From the IMG/VR virus record IMGVR_UViG_3300024348_000008: a DNA stretch of 64,000 nt; one strand, given 5' to 3'. The position numbers and the translations under genes are program-made. Of this stretch, positions 20,401-28,819 are shown one piece after another; position 1 is the stretch's first letter, and each line of letters starts with the position of its first letter. The notes under the pieces were generated by a model that searched no databases, was not told the DNA's origin, and saw only the letters and a program-made list of their open reading frames with translations. This stretch comes from a virus.

Positions 20401-23096
20401 CCACCCAAACAAATGGAATAACAGTTAACTTAAATAGTTCTGTTACTCATTCAGGAACATTAGATGTTACCGGTGCAGTAAACTTTAATTCAACAACTGA
20501 TGCAACAAGTGCAACCGCAGGTGGATCATTAACCGTAGATGGTGGAGCAGCTATTGCCAAGAAGCTTTGGGTTGGTACTGATTTAGATGTAACAGGTAAT
20601 GCAGTAATTGATGGTAACTTAACCGTTAGTGGTACTTTAGTAAGTGTTAACGCGACTGATTTAGAAATTACAGATAAAAATATTCTATTAGGTAAAGGTT
20701 CAACGACCTCTGCTACAAACGCTGGTACAGGTATCACGTTCGGTGAATACGGTGCAGCTGCTACATTTAATTATTCACATTCTGGAACTAAGCTCGTAGC
20801 CAACAAATCAATACAAGCAACAAGCTTTATTGGTAATGCTGATTCTGCTGATGTGCTATCAACTGGTGCCACAGTTGGAATGACAGGCGATGTCACATGG
20901 ACATCAAACACAAACTTTACTGGTGCGGCCGCTGTAACTGGAACTTCATCAATCGGTGCTGAGAAGGTAAAAGAACCCCATTTAAATATTTCAAATGCTG
21001 GTTCGGGTGGTGATGTGTTATCTAAGGCTGCGAGCGGAGACGGTTTCACATGGACAACTATAGGTGCAGGAACAACAGTTGGGAAGCATGGAGCAACCCA
21101 AAGATCCGGTTCAATTTGGCTTAAACCCGGTACTAATGTTACAATTAATGAATCCCCGAACGGTACATTTGAATTTGTGTCTAGTTATGTAAATACTACA
21201 TATACTGCCGGTACTGATTTAACCTTAAGTGGAACCACGTTTAATCATGATGATTCTGGAGTTGCATCAGTAAGTGGTTATCCAACCTTTGGCGAAACTG
21301 GAACTGAAGATGGTTCATATATTAAATCGATAACAGTTAATTCACGAGGTCACGTTACAGCGGTCAGTGCTGATGACTTCGATGACCGATACATACTAAG
21401 TAGTGATTCACTTTTTGTAGTTGAAGATGGAGATGGTAATGAAGTTACAATATTGCAGGATAAAGAATGGAAATTTGTCGAAGGCGCATCGAGCGGTGGT
21501 TCAAATTACATTAATATTAATTGGTCTGATACTTCTACTGGTTCAGACGCAGATCCTTACGATCTAACATTTAATCATAATAATACAACCAAAACAACAA
21601 CTACAACAACTGCGGCTCCTGGTTATGGAGCTACATTTACGGCAATTGGTGGTATTACAACTAACGTAGAAGGTCACGTTACTAACGTAGAAACAAAGAC
21701 TATTACAATTCCTGCATCTGATAATACTAATACACAAAATACATACGCTATATCTTGTGTCGATGGTGACACTGTTGCAACAGAAAAAATTAGATTAACC
21801 GGAGCAGGTGAAGATGGAGCTACTACAGATGATGTTGTAATAGCAGCAGGAACTGGCCTAACGATTGCCAGATCAGGTGATACAATTACACTTACTAATA
21901 GTGCACCAGATGTTAATCATAATAGCGATACAATTGATATGGGTGATGGATTTAAAGTTGCGAATTCTAGTGGTACAGATCAGTTTACAGTAACAGAAAA
22001 TGAAAAAATTAGATTTGCAGGATCAGGGGCTACAGCTGTAGCATTTGATGACACTACTCAGAAAGTCACGGTTAGTTCAACTAACACAGAATATACAACT
22101 GCAACATCAAGTACATTAGGTCTTGTTAAAATTGGATATACTGAAAGTACCAGCCTTAAACAGTATCCAGTTGAATTGACGGCTGGTCAAATGTTTGTAC
22201 ATGTACCATGGGTCGATACTACAACTAATACTCAAAATGAGTATACCATTACCGTTCCTGGAGGTACTACAACACTTAGATTACAGGGTCAAGGTCATGA
22301 CGGTGAAACTACTGCTGACATCAATGTTACAGGTAGTGGTGCAACAACAGTAACAAGGTCCGCTTCACAGGTGTTGGATATATCATCTACAGATCATACT
22401 TATACTGCAGGTACTAATATGACGCTTTCCGGTACGCAGTTCAACTGTGATGCCGATGTAAATCAGAATGCATTTAGTAATATCCAGAGTATGAATGGTA
22501 GTGTTAATGGTACACTTCATGCAGCAGATAGTACAACCGATACATTTACTTTATGTGGTGCGAATGGTCTTGATGTAACAGATGCTACAGATAAAATGAC
22601 ATTAGCAGTTTCGTCTAGTCAGAAAGGTGTTATTTTTTCATGGGGTGCAAGTGGCACTGCTTATCACTCAATGAATAGCAATCAATCAAGCATATACTTC
22701 TCCAGTGCAGAAGAATTTAGATTCACTTCAGGTGGTGATTTACATGCTGATGGTGATATAACAGCTTTCTCAGGTACGATATCTTCTGATAGAAAATTAA
22801 AAGAAAATATTAAAGTAGTAGATGGAGCTCTTGCTAAAGTATGTGAACTCGAAGGTGTTACTTTCGATTGGAAAAAGGATGGTAAAGCAAGTGCCGGTGT
22901 TATTGCACAAAATGTAGAAAAGATAATGCCTTCTGCAGTTAAAGAAGTAGAGAGTTTAGGAGATAAAGATGATACTCATAAGGTTGTAGATTATAACCAA
23001 CTTAGTGCATTGTTCATCGAAGCTATCAAAGAATTAAAAGAAGAAAATAATTATCTTCGATCTATGGTTGAAGAATTAAAAGATATAAATAGTTAA
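17412..23096 (+). CDS. long fibre protein with coiled-coil segments and C-terminal peptidase S74 intramolecular chaperone
   Basis: N-terminal TNTFEGWRQK; NLVSSINE/LVAAVNE coiled-coil repeats; IDAKGRIT and VNSRGHVT fibre motifs; SSDRKLKENI..GVIAQ..VDYNQL..IEAIKEL. Confidence 0.8.
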   Translation: MAIKKETRILKTNTFEGWRQKDNQISLHLGDVSELDTLINDKEYSTTASAGDTVFAATRFEFLNEETLDSINDYIILKNNPSVPSSYVTNATVSQTGGFTATIVSVIGTTKIYIKNSSGTFNASQKITVGSDDIVAANVSRTVSEAYPKGSIRVYKNGTEQLQTLGEPQGFHVVNYQYDITLTGSPTLPATFTEGATIFQGSNDVVGSATWSGVIYDITATKIRLKSASGTFSVSTLLRVDGNTGASNQIAAAKISDSAVVDYSYGRLIELHTGVSANDVIKIDANNVVEAINELQDDIGDVTIINDATGYSATQVATGITEIQGDIGDITGLGTTTQSNLVSSINEIETAVRGSAGNYTLGTAATDLVAAVNEIEAVFDASTYEISAGSNAFTVTSGEFTLDSSGDIVLDADGGDIKLKDGGTQYANLAWGSGNNLVIQSGTTTMLTGSGANATFAGNLEVDGTGGFDGNFRVGGSEYNNATFTVQETTGNTVVDGTFHADGNATVGGTLSVDGSFAVGSDKFNVTASSGNTQVDGTFNVDGATTLNGTAIDGNLDLNGSADVSASIVIHGNIDVDGTSNFDVVDIDGAVDMATTLGVTGNTTIGGILDVGQLNTKFTNRNNVKLALNELHDEVGVGGNAFSALTNHSTSGQTNITSAVVAINADIGDVSSSNTILDNSGNHAHKSATVSGVLDNLSAAIVSNDTDIAGNDTDISTINTKLGTISAAGMGTSASTVSTAIAELHGEINGNDTDITALQGNGSSTGRLRLDNTGTQTTAGNITFGGSKTIKIHSDATLNVEGTLLVGGAGGGSLTYATAFITIAGEANVEGLKIDRSEITGGNYLNTNDATLKWRDTKVASGANNKSHRAWQFDGFTNASTPVANTTDVVTFYNAKDLLKNQTAASGSSEVYGAWTATTDSEGFNLHLNNSGVTAATYGSTTAIPEIVIDAKGRITSATNRNIATALTISSDGSGDNAVDLLTEVLEISGGTNITTTTQTNGITVNLNSSVTHSGTLDVTGAVNFNSTTDATSATAGGSLTVDGGAAIAKKLWVGTDLDVTGNAVIDGNLTVSGTLVSVNATDLEITDKNILLGKGSTTSATNAGTGITFGEYGAAATFNYSHSGTKLVANKSIQATSFIGNADSADVLSTGATVGMTGDVTWTSNTNFTGAAAVTGTSSIGAEKVKEPHLNISNAGSGGDVLSKAASGDGFTWTTIGAGTTVGKHGATQRSGSIWLKPGTNVTINESPNGTFEFVSSYVNTTYTAGTDLTLSGTTFNHDDSGVASVSGYPTFGETGTEDGSYIKSITVNSRGHVTAVSADDFDDRYILSSDSLFVVEDGDGNEVTILQDKEWKFVEGASSGGSNYININWSDTSTGSDADPYDLTFNHNNTTKTTTTTTAAPGYGATFTAIGGITTNVEGHVTNVETKTITIPASDNTNTQNTYAISCVDGDTVATEKIRLTGAGEDGATTDDVVIAAGTGLTIARSGDTITLTNSAPDVNHNSDTIDMGDGFKVANSSGTDQFTVTENEKIRFAGSGATAVAFDDTTQKVTVSSTNTEYTTATSSTLGLVKIGYTESTSLKQYPVELTAGQMFVHVPWVDTTTNTQNEYTITVPGGTTTLRLQGQGHDGETTADINVTGSGATTVTRSASQVLDISSTDHTYTAGTNMTLSGTQFNCDADVNQNAFSNIQSMNGSVNGTLHAADSTTDTFTLCGANGLDVTDATDKMTLAVSSSQKGVIFSWGASGTAYHSMNSNQSSIYFSSAEEFRFTSGGDLHADGDITAFSGTISSDRKLKENIKVVDGALAKVCELEGVTFDWKKDGKASAGVIAQNVEKIMPSAVKEVESLGDKDDTHKVVDYNQLSALFIEAIKELKEENNYLRSMVEELKDINS
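23084..23091 (+). promoter_or_regulatory. late promoter for the 23111-25202 genes
   Basis: exact TATAAATA followed by an AAGGA RBS. Confidence 0.7.
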
Positions 23097-23110
23097 GGAA
23101 GTATAAGTTA

Positions 23111-23443
23111 ATGGCGATATTATCAAATTTGACAGTTGACCAAGGTAGTACTTTTAGTGTCACAGTAGATATTACTGATGCTGATGGTAACATCTTAAAT
23201 TTAACTGGATATACTGTAGCCGGACAAATTAGAAAGAATTATGATTCTTCTACATTTACTGCATTTACAGGTTCAGTTTCTAATGCAGCAATGGGAAAAA
23301 TAACTCTCGCGTTAACTTCTACACAAACAAATGCACTTGTTGCTGGTAGGTATGTATATGACATAGAAATTACCAGTTCGGGATCGGCTATAACAAGAGT
23401 ATTAGAAGGGCAATTAGAAGTTACACCAGGAGTAACACGATAG
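23111..23443 (+). CDS. small virion protein, BppU-N-like Ig-type fold
   Basis: NLTVDQGSTF, LNLTGYT..QIRK, ALVAGRYVYDIEI, TRVLEGQLEVTPGVT. Confidence 0.7.
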   Translation: MAILSNLTVDQGSTFSVTVDITDADGNILNLTGYTVAGQIRKNYDSSTFTAFTGSVSNAAMGKITLALTSTQTNALVAGRYVYDIEITSSGSAITRVLEGQLEVTPGVTR

Positions 23444-23692
23444 ATGGCAAATTTAAAGGCGAAGATTAGTGCACAGACTAAGTTAAAAGGAAAAGCTAAG
23501 TCGCAACAAACGCTTGTTGCACAAAGCGCCAAAATTGGTCAATTCGATATCGGTTTAGGAGAACTTAGTAACGTAGATACGGCAGGTCAAGCAGATGGCG
23601 CAGTAATGCAATATAATGCTTCTGCTGGTAAGTATGTAATTACAACAACACTTGAGAACGAAAACCTCAATATAAATTCAGGAACATATTAA
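23444..23692 (+). CDS. small fibre adaptor-like protein
   Basis: LGELSNVDT..DGAVMQYN..KY motif; ends INSGTY. Confidence 0.6.
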   Translation: MANLKAKISAQTKLKGKAKSQQTLVAQSAKIGQFDIGLGELSNVDTAGQADGAVMQYNASAGKYVITTTLENENLNINSGTY

Positions 23693-23693
23693 T

Positions 23694-25202
23694 ATGGCAA
23701 ATTTAACAAGAATAAAGATATTAAATACGGGCGTAACCACTGCTGCTCCAAGTAATATCGCAACAGGTGAATTAGCCTATTCATGGGTAGCAGGAACACA
23801 GGCAAATAACGGTGATCGATTATATATCGGTACAGGAACCGAAAGCGGAGGAGTTGCTTCTGCGGTTAGTCTTATTGGTGGTAAGTATTTCACTCAAATG
23901 CTGGATCATGTACATGGTACAGCAACTGCATCTAGTGCGGCAATATTAGATGCTAATAAACATTTATCAGATGTAGCAATTGGTAGTTTACAACTTGGTT
24001 CAAGTGGTGGATCAGGTCAAGCAGTAACTTCCATTAGTACAAGTACGACATTAGCGGGTGCAGCCAATACACAATTAGTAACAGCTCTTGCGGCTAAGAC
24101 TTATATAGATGCTCAAGTTACAGCACAAGATTTAGATATAACCGGTGATTCTGGTTCAGGTTCAATTGATCTAGATTCCGAAGTATTAGACTTTAATGGT
24201 CTAACAGGTATTACAACTTCTGTTAGTTCTAACACAGTTAATATCGACTTAGATGACACTGCTGTAACACCAGCAAGTTATGGTTCACAAACACAAATTC
24301 CTACTTTTACTGTTGATCAACAAGGTCGTTTAACAGCTGCCGGTGTAGTTGCAGTTGCAACCGCATTAACAGTTGATGGTGATTCTGGAACTGGCGACGT
24401 TGATCTATTAACAGACGATTTAAGAATTATAGGTACTGCAAACGAAGTTGACACAGTCTCTTCAAAATCTGGTACAGATGTAACGTTACAAGTTGGACTT
24501 CCAAGCAATGTAACAGTTGCAAACAATTTAACAGTAACAAATACATTAGCAGTAAATGGTAATGTTACTTTAGGTAATGCCACAAGTGATACAGTTGTTA
24601 TTGCTGGTAACCTAACGGTTAACGGTACTCAAACTTCTGTTAATTCAACTGAAGTAACGTTAGACGATCCAACAATGATGTTGGGTGATAATACTTCTTC
24701 GGCCGATGGTCTTGATAGAGGTATTGCTTTCAAATGGCATAATGGATCTGCTGTTAAAACAGGTTTCTTTGGATTTGATATTCAAACACAAAGATTAGTA
24801 TTTACTAATGATGAAGACCTTTCTGGTGGAGATAATGCTTCATCACCATGGCACGATGCTCAATTTGGAGGAGCTTATTTAGGTAACGTTCAAGTTGGTA
24901 TCACTGGTGATAATGAAATTGACACTACTTCAGGTAACTTAACAATTGATTCTGCTGGTGGAACAACTACTATAGATGATGCACTTACAGTAACTGGAGT
25001 TGTTGAATTAACAAATGGTAGTGGTTTAAGAGTAGAAGAAGGTGGTACAGGTAAAAGATCTATCACAGCAAATGCTGTATTAGTAGGTGCTGGAACAAGT
25101 GCACCAACAGAGAAAATTTCTTCGGCAGCTGGTAACGTATTACAAGGAGCAGCTAACGGTACAGTATCTTGGTCAAATATAATCGATGGCGGAACCTACT
25201 AA
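23694..25202 (+). CDS. proximal tail fibre/linker protein (Mtd-N-like N-terminus)
   Basis: RIKI..GELAY..RLYIG N-terminal domain; AAKTYIDAQV, VDQQGRLT, GNLTVNGTQTSVNS; ends IDGGTY. Confidence 0.7.
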   Translation: MANLTRIKILNTGVTTAAPSNIATGELAYSWVAGTQANNGDRLYIGTGTESGGVASAVSLIGGKYFTQMLDHVHGTATASSAAILDANKHLSDVAIGSLQLGSSGGSGQAVTSISTSTTLAGAANTQLVTALAAKTYIDAQVTAQDLDITGDSGSGSIDLDSEVLDFNGLTGITTSVSSNTVNIDLDDTAVTPASYGSQTQIPTFTVDQQGRLTAAGVVAVATALTVDGDSGTGDVDLLTDDLRIIGTANEVDTVSSKSGTDVTLQVGLPSNVTVANNLTVTNTLAVNGNVTLGNATSDTVVIAGNLTVNGTQTSVNSTEVTLDDPTMMLGDNTSSADGLDRGIAFKWHNGSAVKTGFFGFDIQTQRLVFTNDEDLSGGDNASSPWHDAQFGGAYLGNVQVGITGDNEIDTTSGNLTIDSAGGTTTIDDALTVTGVVELTNGSGLRVEEGGTGKRSITANAVLVGAGTSAPTEKISSAAGNVLQGAANGTVSWSNIIDGGTY

Positions 25203-25211
25203 ATTATTTAG

Positions 25212-25275
25212 TATAAATATATTAAACCGTTATATAACGGTGTGAAAAAAAGATTTAAATTAACTCTATATAGAG
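25212..25275 (+). promoter_or_regulatory. late promoter (25212..25219) followed by two TATATA-centred palindromes (25226..25241, 25264..25275) in the 5' leader
   Basis: TATAAATA; ACCGTTATATAACGGT; CTCTATATAGAG. Confidence 0.7.
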
Positions 25276-25296
25276 ATTGAAAAATAGGAGCCAAAA

Positions 25297-28200
25297 TTGG
25301 CACGCATATCGAACATCAAGTTAAGGCGTTCGGCAACAGCCGGTGCCATACCAACTACTAGTAATCTAGACTTAGGTGAACTAGCGCTTAATACGTACGA
25401 CGGCAAGTTGTACATGAAAAAATCTGTAGGTGGTACAGATAGCATTCAAGAAATTGGTGCATCATCCGCAGGCGCAGCAGATATAGTAAAATATTTTAGA
25501 TATGTTGCAACATCTACTCAAACTTCTTTTTCTGGTTCAGATTCAAACTCAAATACTTTAACTTATGTCGTTTCTGCCATAGATGTACATCTTAATGGTA
25601 TATTATTAGATCCTTCCCAAGATTATACTGCAAATAATGGAAGTACCGTTGTATTAACAAGTGGTGCTACAGTTGGTGATATTTTACAAATCACTGCCTA
25701 TTATAGAACAATTGGTACTGGTGATGATGTAGTACAAGCATTTACAGGTGATGGAAGTGCATATTCGTTTACTCTTAGTACAAATCCAATTGATGAAAAT
25801 CAAACTCTTATATACATCGACGGTGTATATCAAAACAAATCTGCTTATACTGTATCAGGAACTACATTAAGTTTTGGTTCTGGTAATGCTCCTGCATCTG
25901 GTGCAGTTATAGAAGTTGTTACTCATTCATCAAATTTAACTGCAACTAATATTGCAGATCTTACAATTACCGGTGATTTTACTACTAATACAATTTCTGC
26001 GTCTGGCACTATAACCGGTAATCTTACCGGTAATGTAACGGGTAATACTTCAGGCAGTGCAGGAACAGTTACTAGTTTAAGCGGTCATGATACAGATGAT
26101 TTATCAGAAGGTTCAAGTAACCTATATTATACAACTGCACGATTTAATTCTGCATTAGCTTCGGCCAACTCTGGTTCATTATCAGAAGGTTCTAATCTTT
26201 ATTATACCAACGCCCGGGCCCGCGGAGCAATATCCGTAACGGACTCTGGTGGTGATGGATCTCTTTCATACAATAGTTCTACTGGTGTAATAACTTATAC
26301 TGGTCCATCTGCAGCAGAAGTAAGAGCACACTTTAGTGCCGGTTCAAACATAACTATTTCTGGTACTGGTGTTATTGCCGGAAGTGCTGCTTATACAGAT
26401 TCAGATGCTCGTGGAGCCATAAGTGTTACAGATGCTGGTGGAGATGGTTCACTTGCATACAATAGTTCTACTGGTGTTATTACATACACAGGACCGAGTG
26501 CAGCAGAAGTAAGAGCTCACTTAAGTGCCGGCACAGGAATGACATTTAGTGGTGGTGCATTTGCTACAACTATTACACAATACACAACCGCACTTGCAAG
26601 AGCTACTATAAGTGTTACAGATGCTGGTGGAGATGGTTCACTTGCATACAATAGTTCAACCGGTGTAATAACTTATACTGGTCCATCGGCTGCTGAGGTA
26701 CGTGCACATATAAGTGCGGGTACGGGTGTAGCGATTGCTTCAGGTGCTATATCAATTGGCCAAGCAGTTGCCACAACTTCAGATGTAACATTTAATGATG
26801 TACAAGTAGATGGTGATCAGGTTATCACAGGTAATCTAACCGTTAATGGTACTCAAACAAATATAAACACCGCAACCTTATCAGTCGAAGATTTAAACAT
26901 TACGGTTGGTAAATTAGCCACGACGAGTGCGGCTACTAATGGAGCAGGACTAACATTTGGTGCCTGGTCTTCAGGTACTATTCCAACATTAACATGGGAT
27001 CATTCAAACGCTAGGTTTGCAATGAACAAATCATTAGCTGCTAATATAGTAGGTAATCTAACAGGTAATGTAACGGGTAATACTTCAGGTAGTTCTGGAA
27101 GTACAACCGGTAATGCAGCGACTGCTACTGCACTTGCAACCGCAAGAACAATAGGTGGAACTTCTTTTGATGGTACTGCTAATATAGCGGTAGCTTTATC
27201 GGCAACGGCCACTGCACTTGCAACCGCAAGAACAATTGGTGGTGTATCATTTGATGGTACTGCTAATATTAATTTACCTGGTGTAAACGCAAGCGGTACA
27301 CAAGATACTTCTGGTAATGCAGCAACTGCTACAACTGCAGGAACAGTAACTACTGCGGCTCAAACTGCTATAACTTCAGTAGGATCATTAACTGGATTAG
27401 ATGTTAATGGTGCAGTTACTATTAATGATAATCTTTCATTAGATGGTTCAAATAAAGAATTAAGATTTTATGAAGGAGCTAATTATGTTGGATTCGAAGC
27501 TCCTGCACTATCGGCAAATCAAATATGGGTATTACCTACAGCAGATGGTACAGCAGGATATGCACTTAAGACAGATGGTTCTGGAAACTTAAGTTGGGGA
27601 TTAGCCGGTGGAAATGCATTTGAAACAATTGCAGTATCAGGACAATCAAGTCTTGTAGCCGATTCTTCTTCTGATACTCTTACAATTGTTGGTGGAACTG
27701 GTATAACATTAACAACTGCGGCCGGTACAGATACACTTACAATAACAAATACTGCGACTGGTGCAAATGCATTTGGTAACGTTGCAGTATCAGGACAAAC
27801 AACATGTGCAGCAGATAATACAAATGATACATTAACTCTTGTTGCCGGTAACGGTATGTCAATTACTACAAACGGTACTGATACAGTTACAATTGCTGGT
27901 GCGGCTGCAACTAATCCATTAGGAACACAATTACATACTGCAACAAATGCACAGACAGTATTTGCAATAGGTCAAACTCCCGCAAGCGAAGATGCATTAA
28001 TGGTATTTGTTGAAGGTGTATATCAAAATAAAAATTCTTATACAATATCTGGTTCTAACCTAACATTTGATAGTGGAATTCAAACCGGCGAAGAAGTTGT
28101 TATTCATAGTGTTACAAATGGTATTAACGGAACCGGCCAAAATGTTGATATATTTACAGGTAATGGTTCAACTCATTCATATACATTAACCGTAGATCCT

Positions 28201-28767
28201 CAAACAGAAAATAATTGCTTTGTATTCTGGGATGGTGTATATCAAGAAAAAAATCAATATACAGTAAGCGGAACAACACTCGCATTTGGTGGAAGTAATA
28301 TTCCTCCATCAGGAACAAATATTGAAGTTATTACACCAACAGTTACGGCAGTAAATGTACCAACTCAAGGTTCTGTTGTTCCAAATTCAATGTCAACCGG
28401 TGGTCCTTCATGGGATTCTGCCGGTGCTGTCACAATATCTGAATCAGTACAAAATACTGTAACAACAAATATTACTAATACAACTGCGACTACTATTCTT
28501 TCTCTTCCTGCTGCCACATTTAGATCGGCAAAGGTTGAGATTTCTATCTCTGATGCAACTAGTTCAGATTATGAATTTGTTGAAGTTGGTATGGTACATA
28601 ATGGATCTGTAACTTCTTCTACAACGTATGGTCAAGTATATACCGGTTCTGCAAGTAATGGAACTATTACCTCTGGATATTCTGGTAGTAATATGATATT
28701 ACAATTCACTTCAGCTAATACAAACACTCTCGCAATAAAAGCCAAATACTCTGCACTTAAAGTTTAA
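25297..28767 (+). CDS. multidomain tail fibre, candidate branching scaffold (TTG start)
   Basis: AGGAG RBS; IKLRRS..GELALNTYDGKLY N-terminal domain; one VHLNGILL domain, three GVYQ domains, C-terminal FRSAK..VHNG..YG domain; internal repeats. Confidence 0.75.
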   Translation: MARISNIKLRRSATAGAIPTTSNLDLGELALNTYDGKLYMKKSVGGTDSIQEIGASSAGAADIVKYFRYVATSTQTSFSGSDSNSNTLTYVVSAIDVHLNGILLDPSQDYTANNGSTVVLTSGATVGDILQITAYYRTIGTGDDVVQAFTGDGSAYSFTLSTNPIDENQTLIYIDGVYQNKSAYTVSGTTLSFGSGNAPASGAVIEVVTHSSNLTATNIADLTITGDFTTNTISASGTITGNLTGNVTGNTSGSAGTVTSLSGHDTDDLSEGSSNLYYTTARFNSALASANSGSLSEGSNLYYTNARARGAISVTDSGGDGSLSYNSSTGVITYTGPSAAEVRAHFSAGSNITISGTGVIAGSAAYTDSDARGAISVTDAGGDGSLAYNSSTGVITYTGPSAAEVRAHLSAGTGMTFSGGAFATTITQYTTALARATISVTDAGGDGSLAYNSSTGVITYTGPSAAEVRAHISAGTGVAIASGAISIGQAVATTSDVTFNDVQVDGDQVITGNLTVNGTQTNINTATLSVEDLNITVGKLATTSAATNGAGLTFGAWSSGTIPTLTWDHSNARFAMNKSLAANIVGNLTGNVTGNTSGSSGSTTGNAATATALATARTIGGTSFDGTANIAVALSATATALATARTIGGVSFDGTANINLPGVNASGTQDTSGNAATATTAGTVTTAAQTAITSVGSLTGLDVNGAVTINDNLSLDGSNKELRFYEGANYVGFEAPALSANQIWVLPTADGTAGYALKTDGSGNLSWGLAGGNAFETIAVSGQSSLVADSSSDTLTIVGGTGITLTTAAGTDTLTITNTATGANAFGNVAVSGQTTCAADNTNDTLTLVAGNGMSITTNGTDTVTIAGAAATNPLGTQLHTATNAQTVFAIGQTPASEDALMVFVEGVYQNKNSYTISGSNLTFDSGIQTGEEVVIHSVTNGINGTGQNVDIFTGNGSTHSYTLTVDPQTENNCFVFWDGVYQEKNQYTVSGTTLAFGGSNIPPSGTNIEVITPTVTAVNVPTQGSVVPNSMSTGGPSWDSAGAVTISESVQNTVTTNITNTTATTILSLPAATFRSAKVEISISDATSSDYEFVEVGMVHNGSVTSSTTYGQVYTGSASNGTITSGYSGSNMILQFTSANTNTLAIKAKYSALKV
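26419..26657 (+). repeat. 50-bp exact direct repeat (26419..26468 and 26608..26657) within three AISVTDxGGDGSLxYNSSTGVITYTGPSAAEVRAH units
   Basis: ataagtgttacagatgctggtggagatggttcacttgcatacaatagttc occurs twice. Confidence 0.9.
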
Positions 28768-28772
28768 ACTTG

Positions 28773-28780
28773 TATAAATA
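28773..28780 (+). promoter_or_regulatory. late promoter for fibre cassette 1
   Basis: exact TATAAATA, intergenic; gtataaatagaactat is identical to 52508..52523. Confidence 0.8.
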
Positions 28781-28819
28781 GAACTATACAAACATTAAAC
28801 GGATGGAGAGTGAAGTCCT

